Source: Flavobacteriales bacterium (GTDB taxonomy: Bacteria > Bacteroidota > Bacteroidia > Flavobacteriales_D > Crocinitomicaceae). From it: a stretch of 59,576 nucleotides of DNA. Under the pieces are notes generated by a model, which ran no database searches, was not told where the DNA came from, and saw only the letters and a program-made list of their open reading frames with translations. The translations under genes and the position numbers were made by a program. The first letter of the stretch is position 1; each line of letters opens with the position of its first letter. The stretch lies in assembly GCA_947505255.1 (NCBI GenBank), contig CANNKP010000001.1:1-59576 (forward strand), read 5' to 3'. Of this stretch, positions 1 to 7,678 are shown one piece after another.

Positions 1-1
1 G

Positions 2-247
2 AAAAAATCAAAAACACTGTTTTCTATTCCGATTGAAAAAATTAAGAAAACCACTGAAACGATTGAAATTTTATACAATAGAAACAGTTTTAATCCAGTA
101 ATGGAAAGCAACCAATTGGTGTCTTCTGGTTATTACGATGAAATTAAAACATTTATACAACTGTGTGAAACAGGAAAAGGGAACAACATTACACCATTAT
201 CTGCTATGCAATTGACTTACAAACTAATTGAAAATTTAAAAAAATAA
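2..247 (+). CDS. 3' end of a CDS entering from upstream of the window. Function unknown, with a weak resemblance to the C-terminal tail of Gfo/Idh/MocA-type sugar oxidoreductases.
   Basis: Frame 2 is open from position 2 to TAA at 245-247 (81 codons, ...SSGYYDEIKTFIQLCETGKGNNITPLSAMQLTYKLIENLKK). It is absent from the ORF track because its start lies outside the window. Confidence 0.4.
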   Translation, partial: KKSKTLFSIPIEKIKKTTETIEILYNRNSFNPVMESNQLVSSGYYDEIKTFIQLCETGKGNNITPLSAMQLTYKLIENLKK

Positions 248-250
248 ACG

Positions 251-1477
251 ATGTACGGAAAATTAGATTATTTAAGAAGAGGTCTTCGTTACGTGAATAA
301 CTCGGTTCGTCCGGGTCATAAAACGTTATCAACGCTGATGTTTTACGGAACAGATTTATGCGATTCAGGTTGTAAACATTGTTTAATCTGGGCAAAACGT
401 CCAGTTAAGCACCTTCCGATTGCAAAAATTGTAGAAGTAATGCAAAGTAGATGTGTTTCAAAACATACAACTGTTGGATTAGAAGGAGGAGAATTTTTAT
501 TGCACCCACAAGCATTAGAAATATTAAAATGGTTTACAAATAATCACCCGAACTTCGATTTGCTTTCCAATTGTTTGAAGCCAGATAGTTTAATTGACGC
601 AGTTAAAAAATATCCACCAAAACGTTTGTTTATTTCACTTGACGGAAATAAGGAAACGTATTTATACATGCGTGGAAAGGATGGATACAACGATGTATTG
701 AAAGTAATCGAAAACTGTAAAGATCTTGTTCCAATTTCATTGATGTTTACTTTATCACCTTACAATGGTTTTGATGACATGGAACACGTTATTGAAATTG
801 CCAAGAAAAATAACATTGACGTTCGTATCGGAACTTACAACGACATTTCATTTTTTGACACCGTTGAAAAAGCGCATGAAACAGAAATTGGATCTATCGT
901 AAACACAGACGTATTGACTTACGGAGCAATTCGCAAGGTGAAAGATGAAATCTTAGAGAAGAATGATAAATTGAATGAACTTGAAAAAGAGGAAATTGAA
1001 ACTCCAAAGCATGATCACAATAAAATCATGGATTCAAACGATTTTAAGAATAGCATTCCGGCTAACATTGTTGACACGACAGAAAACTATGATTTCTTGC
1101 TGTTATATGATGAATGGAGAAAGAAGAAATTGAATTTAAAATGTCGTAGTATTTTGGACAGTATCGTTATTCATCCTGACGGAAGCGTTCCAATATGTCA
1201 AAACCTTGATTTAAAATTAGGGAACGTCAATACGAATACACTAGATAACATTTTCAATTCGTTGGCATCTCAAGAAATTCAAAACAAACACGTACATGGT
1301 TGTAACCAATGTTGGATCAATTTCCACAGAAAATATGATATCGTTATGATGCGTACGTTGGAAAAAGGATTGCCAAAATGGTTAATTGAAAAGATGTTTG
1401 GAGATTATCAATGGACGGATGACAAGAAGGTGACATACAAACAGTTTATGGAACAAAATGCGAAATTGAGCAAGTAA
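251..1477 (+). CDS. Radical SAM enzyme with a partial SPASM/twitch C-terminal domain
   Basis: CDSGCKHC (CxxxCxxC) at aa 37-44, followed by GLEGGEFLL. The C-terminal CRSILDSIVIHPDGSVPIC fits C-x12-G-x4-C and is followed by CNQC. A charged insert of about 90 aa separates core and C-terminal domain. Confidence 0.8.
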   Translation: MYGKLDYLRRGLRYVNNSVRPGHKTLSTLMFYGTDLCDSGCKHCLIWAKRPVKHLPIAKIVEVMQSRCVSKHTTVGLEGGEFLLHPQALEILKWFTNNHPNFDLLSNCLKPDSLIDAVKKYPPKRLFISLDGNKETYLYMRGKDGYNDVLKVIENCKDLVPISLMFTLSPYNGFDDMEHVIEIAKKNNIDVRIGTYNDISFFDTVEKAHETEIGSIVNTDVLTYGAIRKVKDEILEKNDKLNELEKEEIETPKHDHNKIMDSNDFKNSIPANIVDTTENYDFLLLYDEWRKKKLNLKCRSILDSIVIHPDGSVPICQNLDLKLGNVNTNTLDNIFNSLASQEIQNKHVHGCNQCWINFHRKYDIVMMRTLEKGLPKWLIEKMFGDYQWTDDKKVTYKQFMEQNAKLSK

Positions 1478-1543
1478 ATATTGTTTTATTGGGGCATCAA
1501 ATAATAAAAAGTTTTCAATAGTTTCACTCATATAAGAAAAAAA

Positions 1544-1945
1544 ATGGAACAAGATATAAGATGGAAACAGCGGTTTCAAAATTTTAATGATGCCTTTATT
1601 CATTTAAAAGAAGCCGTCTTAGAAGTTAAAAACCCAAGTAATTTAGAGAAAGAAGGTACTATACAACGATTTGAATTTACCCATGAATTGGCATGGAAAG
1701 TAATGAAAGATTTTTTACAAGACAAGGGAATTCAAGGGATTATTGGGTCAAAAGATGCTACAAAACAAGCTTTTCAAAATGAAATAATTACCAAAGGTCA
1801 AATTTGGATGGATATGATTGAAAGTCGAAATAAAACTGTACACACATATTTAGAAGAAATTTTAGAAAAAGAATACAATTTGATAATCCACAGTTACTAC
1901 CCATTATTTGAAGCTTTTCATCAAAAAATGAAAACATTCTTATGA
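1544..1945 (+). CDS. hepT: HEPN-domain, HI0074-family nucleotidyltransferase substrate-binding protein (type VII toxin HepT-like)
   Basis: 133 aa. Family-typical RWKQRFQNF...IQRFEFTHELAWKVMKDFL and C-terminal RNKTVHTY (the R-x4-H region of HEPN). Confidence 0.85.
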   Translation: MEQDIRWKQRFQNFNDAFIHLKEAVLEVKNPSNLEKEGTIQRFEFTHELAWKVMKDFLQDKGIQGIIGSKDATKQAFQNEIITKGQIWMDMIESRNKTVHTYLEEILEKEYNLIIHSYYPLFEAFHQKMKTFL

Positions 1946-2256
1946 AATTTGGCTTGAAAGAAGATACTATTAACAAAATCAATTCGGTATTTTCTAAATT
2001 TCCAGAAATTGAAGAAGTAATTATATACGGCTCTCGAGCAAAAGGAAATTATAGAGAAGGCAGTGACATCGACATTACATTAAAGGGAGCTCAAGTTACG
2101 GATTCTATTCTTTCAAAAGTATCGATGGAAATAGATGATTTGAATACACCTTATTTATATGATATTTCTGTTTTTCATTTATTGAATTCAGATAGTTTGA
2201 CTGAACATATTAATCGAGTTGGCCTATTGTTTTACGTGAAAGAGGCGTCAAAATAA
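1942..2256 (+). CDS. mntA: Minimal nucleotidyltransferase (MNT), antitoxin MntA-like
   Basis: 104 aa with YGSRAKGNYREGSDIDI (GS-x9-12-D-x-D pol-beta NTase motif). Its ATG overlaps the hepT stop (ATGA at 1942-1945). Confidence 0.85.
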   Translation: MKFGLKEDTINKINSVFSKFPEIEEVIIYGSRAKGNYREGSDIDITLKGAQVTDSILSKVSMEIDDLNTPYLYDISVFHLLNSDSLTEHINRVGLLFYVKEASK

Positions 2257-2281
2257 ATCATTAAAAATGTTTGCCTAATTC

Positions 2282-5092
2282 TTACTTCATCTCCAAAGCC
2301 AAATACTTTGCGGTATAGGATTTTTCTATTGCTTTCTTTACAATTTCTTCAGGTGTTCCTTCACAAACCACATAACCGCCTCCTTTGCCTCCTTCAGGAC
2401 CAATATCAATAATATGATCTGCAACTTTTACGATATCAAGATTATGTTCAATCACCAACACCGTATTACCTTCATCCGCCAAGCGTTGTAAAACTTCCAA
2501 CAACATGCGTATATCTTCAAAATGCAATCCTGTTGATGGTTCATCCAAGATATAAAATGTGCTACCCGTACTTTTCTTCGCTAATTCAGATGACAACTTA
2601 ATGCGTTGTGCTTCTCCACCGGAAAGTGTGGTTGAAGGTTGCCCCAATTTGACATAACCCAATCCAACAGAAAGCATGGTTGCTAAAGGTCTATGGATTT
2701 TCGGGATTTGATCAAAAAAGACGGTTGCATCTTCGATTGTCATGTCCAACACATCAGAAATTGATTTCCCTTTGAACCGAACCTCTAACGTTTCACGGTT
2801 ATACCGTTTTCCGTTGCAGCTTTCGCATTCAACATACACATCTGGAAGGAAACTCATTTCTATCACTTTTAATCCTCCGCCTTTGCATGTTTCACATCTT
2901 CCACCAGAAACATTAAATGAAAATCTACCTGCCTTATAACCTCTAATTTGAGCTTCTGGCAAACCTGCAAACAACGACCTGATTTCGTCAAATACTTTGG
3001 TATATGTCGCGGGATTTGAGCGTGGTGTTCTGCCAATCGGGCTCTGATCAATTTCAATCACTTTATCTAATAGTTCTAGACCTTCAATGCTTTTGTATGG
3101 CAATGGCTTTTTTACTCCATTATAAATATGAGCCAACAAAATTGGATAAAGTGTTTGATTCACCAACGATGATTTTCCACTTCCAGAAACACCTGTAACA
3201 CAACAAAATGTTCCTAAAGGGATTTTCAACGTGACATTTTTCAAATTATGTCCTGTAGCTCCTTTTAAAACAAGGTGTTTTCCGTTTCCTTTTCTGCGTT
3301 TTTTCGGAATTTCAATTTTCAATTCACCCGTTAAATACTTTGTTGTTAAGGAATCAACCGTATTCAACTCAGAAATCGGTGCGGCATTGATAATTTGTCC
3401 ACCGTGAATTCCAGCACCAGGACCAATATCTACAACAAAATCTGCTGCTTCTATCATTTCCTTGTCGTGTTCAACAACAATAACAGAATTTCCAGCATCT
3501 CTCAAACGTTTCAACGATTTAATCAAACGAGTATTATCTCGTTGATGCAATCCGATTGAAGGTTCATCTAAAACATACAATACGTTCATTAATTCAGAAC
3601 CTATTTGCGTTGCTAATCGAATTCGTTGCGCTTCACCACCTGAAAGGGTTTTTGCAGAACGGTGTAATGTCAAATATTCTAATCCTACTTCCAACACAAA
3701 ATTCAAACGTGTTTTAATTTCCTTTAAAATCTCCTTCCCAATAAATAACTGATCCGAAGTCATTTTAGCTTCTAATTGTTGGAACCAATTGGATAATTCT
3801 ATCAAATCCATTTGAGCCAAATCACCAATGTGCATGTCATCAAATTTGAAAAAATGCGCCTCTTTTTTTAACCGTGTTCCTTCGCAAGTTGAACAAATAA
3901 CTTTATTCATAAAACTTTGCGCCCAGCGTTGAATTGGAGCTGAACTTTCTTCTGAATGGCGAGAAACAAAATTGATGATTCCTTCAAACACAACAGTATT
4001 ATTCTTTTTTGAACGCTCAATATCTTCATTTCCATAAAGCAAGACGTTCATGATATCTTCAGGAATTTCTTCCAAAGGAGTTGTTATGGAAAAATCTTCC
4101 TGCGTTAAATAGCTTTCCAATTTATCAAAAATCCACGTTTTCTTGTATTCTCCAAGTGGAGCAAAACCACCTTTTTTAATCGATAATTTTGGATTTGGAA
4201 TAATCTTCGTGATATCAGCTTCCGAAACTTCACCTAACCCACTGCATGTTTGACAAGCACCATAAGGGGAATTGAATGAAAACAAACTAGGTTCTGGCTC
4301 AGGATAAGAAATCCCAGACGTTGGACACATTAACGAACGACTAAAATGGCGCACTTTTTCCGTTTCAAAATCCAATACCATCATGGCTTTATTACCATGT
4401 TTCATGGAAGTAATCACAGAATCATAAATTCGTTTGCGGTCTGTTTCTGCAATTTGCAATCGATCAATTACCAAATCAATATCGTGAATCTTGTACCGAT
4501 CCAAGCGCATTCCTTTTTCAATGTCTTTTATTTCTCCGTCTATGCGTACTTTTGTAAAACCCATTTTTTGGATTTGCTCAAATAATTCGCGGTAATGACC
4601 TTTTCGACCTTTAACTTTAGGTGCTAGGAAAATTACTTTCTTCCCTTCGTATTGCTGAATAATCAAATCTACTATTTGATCATCCGAATACTTCACCATT
4701 TCCTCCCCAGTTTCATACGAATAAGCAATACTTGCTCTGGCATAGAGTAAACGCAGGAAATCGTATATTTCTGTTATTGTTCCAACCGTAGAACGAGGTG
4801 AACGAGAAACCGTTTTTTGTTCAATCGAAATTACCGGGCTTAAACCATTGATTTTGTCAACATCTGGACGTTCTAGTCCTCCAAGAAATTGTCGAGCATA
4901 TGCAGAAAATGTTTCGATATAACGTCTTTGTCCTTCCGCAAAAATAGTATCAAATGCCAATGAAGATTTTCCACTTCCACTTAAACCAGTAAACACAACC
5001 AATTGATTGCGTGGTATTTTAAGATCAATATTTTTTAAATTATGTTCTCTCGCTCCAAATACTTCGATATATCCGTCTTCTGGTTCTTTCAA
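2282..5092 (-). CDS. uvrA: Excinuclease ABC subunit A
   Basis: 936 aa. Two ABC modules (GLSGSGKSS and GVSGSGKSS Walker A; LSGGEAQR signature twice) and CxxC zinc modules. TTG start at 5092-5090. Confidence 0.97.
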   Translation of the reverse strand: MKEPEDGYIEVFGAREHNLKNIDLKIPRNQLVVFTGLSGSGKSSLAFDTIFAEGQRRYIETFSAYARQFLGGLERPDVDKINGLSPVISIEQKTVSRSPRSTVGTITEIYDFLRLLYARASIAYSYETGEEMVKYSDDQIVDLIIQQYEGKKVIFLAPKVKGRKGHYRELFEQIQKMGFTKVRIDGEIKDIEKGMRLDRYKIHDIDLVIDRLQIAETDRKRIYDSVITSMKHGNKAMMVLDFETEKVRHFSRSLMCPTSGISYPEPEPSLFSFNSPYGACQTCSGLGEVSEADITKIIPNPKLSIKKGGFAPLGEYKKTWIFDKLESYLTQEDFSITTPLEEIPEDIMNVLLYGNEDIERSKKNNTVVFEGIINFVSRHSEESSAPIQRWAQSFMNKVICSTCEGTRLKKEAHFFKFDDMHIGDLAQMDLIELSNWFQQLEAKMTSDQLFIGKEILKEIKTRLNFVLEVGLEYLTLHRSAKTLSGGEAQRIRLATQIGSELMNVLYVLDEPSIGLHQRDNTRLIKSLKRLRDAGNSVIVVEHDKEMIEAADFVVDIGPGAGIHGGQIINAAPISELNTVDSLTTKYLTGELKIEIPKKRRKGNGKHLVLKGATGHNLKNVTLKIPLGTFCCVTGVSGSGKSSLVNQTLYPILLAHIYNGVKKPLPYKSIEGLELLDKVIEIDQSPIGRTPRSNPATYTKVFDEIRSLFAGLPEAQIRGYKAGRFSFNVSGGRCETCKGGGLKVIEMSFLPDVYVECESCNGKRYNRETLEVRFKGKSISDVLDMTIEDATVFFDQIPKIHRPLATMLSVGLGYVKLGQPSTTLSGGEAQRIKLSSELAKKSTGSTFYILDEPSTGLHFEDIRMLLEVLQRLADEGNTVLVIEHNLDIVKVADHIIDIGPEGGKGGGYVVCEGTPEEIVKKAIEKSYTAKYLALEMK

Positions 5093-5093
5093 T

Positions 5094-6011
5094 TTATTGG
5101 TATGATTTATACGGTTTAAGTTTGCAATTTTTTGCAGGAAGTTTCACCGTATAAGGATGATTTTTAATTGTCAATTTATTCGTCAAAATCCACGGATTCA
5201 ACTTGATTAAAATCTTATAGTTAATTCCTTGTGACTTTGCCCATTCTGCCAAGTTTGTAATTGAACTTTTTACTAAAACATTTTTTGTGCAAAATGGTTC
5301 ATACAACTCGATGGCTTTTGAATCGTAACCATACATTTCAGGATGCTCAAAAATTAATTTTACAGCTAAAATTCGATACACATAACGTCCAGTTTCAGAA
5401 TTCATGTGGGTATCAAAGTAATTATCTGTTTGTTGCCAGCGCATGTCACTTCTCACTCCTCCAATTCCTCTATTATATGATGCGGCTGCCAATACCCAAT
5501 TTTTCAAAGTGTCTTGCGCATACTTTAAATATTCACATGCAGCACGTGTACTTTTTTCAATATTCAATCTTTCATCCACTTCGTCATTCATAATCAAATC
5601 GTGTTCTTTTGCAGTGCCGGGCATGAATTGCCAAAAACCTTGAGCACCAGCTGGACTAACTGCTTGAATTAAATTACTTTCAATGACGGCTAAATACTTG
5701 AAATCCTCAGGAATACCATTTGCTTTTAAGATTCGTTCAAGCTCTGGGAAATAACGATTTGCTCGTTTCAAAGCTTGAATTGTTGAACTTTGAAAATAGG
5801 CGTTCACCAACAATTCTTTGTCTAATCGTTCACGAATATCTTCATCTTCTAAATGTACAGTTTGTCCACAAAAAACCAGCGTTTCAGGAAGTTTAGGAAG
5901 TATATGGTGCCCGGAGTCATTTTTAATGATCGGTTCAGAATTCACCTTTTTTACAGGCTGATTACAAGCTGTAAATGTGAAAATAAAAAGTACTAAAAAA
6001 AGGAATTTCAT
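5094..6011 (-). CDS. Lytic transglycosylase (SLT domain) lipoprotein
   Basis: SLT motifs AVIESNL and GAQGFWQFMPGTA. The internal ATG at 6011-6009 gives lipoprotein signal MKFLFLVLFIFTFTAC. The track start at 6113 would overlap the upstream gene. Confidence 0.8.
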   Translation of the reverse strand: MKFLFLVLFIFTFTACNQPVKKVNSEPIIKNDSGHHILPKLPETLVFCGQTVHLEDEDIRERLDKELLVNAYFQSSTIQALKRANRYFPELERILKANGIPEDFKYLAVIESNLIQAVSPAGAQGFWQFMPGTAKEHDLIMNDEVDERLNIEKSTRAACEYLKYAQDTLKNWVLAAASYNRGIGGVRSDMRWQQTDNYFDTHMNSETGRYVYRILAVKLIFEHPEMYGYDSKAIELYEPFCTKNVLVKSSITNLAEWAKSQGINYKILIKLNPWILTNKLTIKNHPYTVKLPAKNCKLKPYKSYQ

Positions 6012-6057
6012 TCGATTAAAATAACAAACGAAATTAAGGAAATTGCCAGACTTATTC

Positions 6058-7128
6058 TTATTTCTTTTGAGGAAATTTAATTGTGTTTCGATAGAGATAA
6101 CCGAAAACGACAATAAAATAAAGTGCGAAGAATAAAATTGGGATTATTATTCCCATTTGAATTAAGTTGATCATCACAATTGTCAATAAAAAAGAGAATA
6201 ATCCAATTAAAAAAAAGACAATCCAAACTTGTTTGTCATTATATCCAGCATAGACTAAATGGTGCGTTGTATGATCTTTACCACCAACCATTGGTGATTT
6301 TCCTTTTTTCAATCTGTTTATTACCACTGTCAATGTATCTGCGGCGGCTGGTGTGAAAGCGATTAAAACTATTAAAAGACTTGCCCAGCTTTCCGTGTCG
6401 TATTCTGAACTTACATTCCATAAAAATTTAACGCTGAAAAAAGCAACAAAAAACCCAATGAATTGGCTGCCTGCGTCACCCATAAATATTTTTGCTGGAT
6501 GAAGATTGAAACACAAAAATCCGATAATGGAACCGATAATTGCTATCAATGAAATCGTCCATTCATCAATATTGAATCCAGAAATTATCCATCTACCAAC
6601 TAAACATGATAAAAGTATAAACAACACCGTAGTTGCTGTTATACCATCCATATTATCGAGCATGTTTAAAGAATTCATAACAATAACGACCCAGACAACA
6701 GTTATTACACCATCAATCCAATGATTGTGAAACAATTCAATTTCAGTTTTAGTAGCTATTAGCATAAGTCCACAACTTATTTGAATGAATAGTTTTCCTA
6801 ATGGCTGTGTATTGTAGGCATCATCTGCCAATCCCATTAAAAATGCAATACATCCACCTACAAATAATCCTATATATTCTATTTTGTGGAAAATATTAAT
6901 TTCATAAAATACGACCGAATAACCAATAGCAGAAAAAATAAATACAATAAAAAATGAAATTCCTCCTAAAGATGGTTTTGATTCATTACTCCAACGAATA
7001 GTCACATCATTTTTATTCCTTATACCCAAAGTTCGAGAAAAACGTAATAATAGGCCATTACACAAAAATGAAATTAAAAACCCACCAATTCCAAACCCAA
7101 CAATTTCTAAAATACTTAATACTAGCAT
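6058..7128 (-). CDS. MraY/WecA-family (glycosyltransferase family 4) polyprenyl-phosphate sugar-1-phosphate transferase
   Basis: Multi-TM protein with DNMDGI and MGDAGSQFIGF motifs typical of WecA/WbpL initiating transferases. Confidence 0.85.
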   Translation of the reverse strand: MLVLSILEIVGFGIGGFLISFLCNGLLLRFSRTLGIRNKNDVTIRWSNESKPSLGGISFFIVFIFSAIGYSVVFYEINIFHKIEYIGLFVGGCIAFLMGLADDAYNTQPLGKLFIQISCGLMLIATKTEIELFHNHWIDGVITVVWVVIVMNSLNMLDNMDGITATTVLFILLSCLVGRWIISGFNIDEWTISLIAIIGSIIGFLCFNLHPAKIFMGDAGSQFIGFFVAFFSVKFLWNVSSEYDTESWASLLIVLIAFTPAAADTLTVVINRLKKGKSPMVGGKDHTTHHLVYAGYNDKQVWIVFFLIGLFSFLLTIVMINLIQMGIIIPILFFALYFIVVFGYLYRNTIKFPQKK

Positions 7129-7133
7129 TTATC

Positions 7134-7676
7134 TTATTTAAATGGAGAATCAAATGTATTAAAATATTTTCCGATTTTATCTTTATCTGAAACAATTGGA
7201 TTAATTATTTTCCAATCGATGGCCAAATCTGTATCATTCCACATGATAGTTTCCTCATGTAGGGGTGAATAATAATTGCTGCATTTGTAGGAAAAGATTG
7301 TATCATCCTCCAAGGCGCAAAAGCCGTGAGCAAAACCAGGAGGTATCCAAAATTGCAGTTTATTATTCTCAGTGAGCTCAACAAGTTGATATTGCCCATA
7401 AGTTGCAGATTCTTTTCTCAAATCAACAGCAACATCTATAACACTCCCTCTCAATACAGTTACTAATTTACCTTGTGCAAACGGAGGTTTCTGAAAATGT
7501 AAACCTCGTAACACATTTTTCTTTGAAACAGAAATGTTATCTTGAACAAATTGAATTTCTGCACCTAAAATTTCTTTGTACTTTGTTTCATTAAAAGACT
7601 CATAAAAAAGTCCACGGTCATCTTCAAATATTCTAGGTTGAATCAATAAAAGATCTTTTATTTCGAATGTTTGCAT
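7134..7676 (-). CDS. rfbC: dTDP-4-dehydrorhamnose 3,5-epimerase
   Basis: 180 aa RmlC cupin with DDRGLFYESF, RGLHFQ and WIPPGFAHGF. Confidence 0.92.
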   Translation of the reverse strand: MQTFEIKDLLLIQPRIFEDDRGLFYESFNETKYKEILGAEIQFVQDNISVSKKNVLRGLHFQKPPFAQGKLVTVLRGSVIDVAVDLRKESATYGQYQLVELTENNKLQFWIPPGFAHGFCALEDDTIFSYKCSNYYSPLHEETIMWNDTDLAIDWKIINPIVSDKDKIGKYFNTFDSPFK

Positions 7677-7678
7677 TG

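Noticed and set aside
1478-2281. HEPN/MNT pair as part of a mobile element or integrated island
   Set aside because: I found no integrase, transposase, tRNA target or flanking direct or inverted repeats around the pair. Only the TA module itself is supported.
5094-6113. Longer N-terminal extensions given by the ORF track for several genes (SLT 6113, ddl 14647, obg 23371, sigma 25996, zinc-ribbon 33185, doxX 42725, pdxJ 58052, CBS 58041, batA 36114, batD 39157)
   Set aside because: The extensions overlap neighbouring genes or regulatory repeats, start at TTG, and precede obvious native N-termini (signal peptides or conserved first motifs). Internal ATG starts were used instead.
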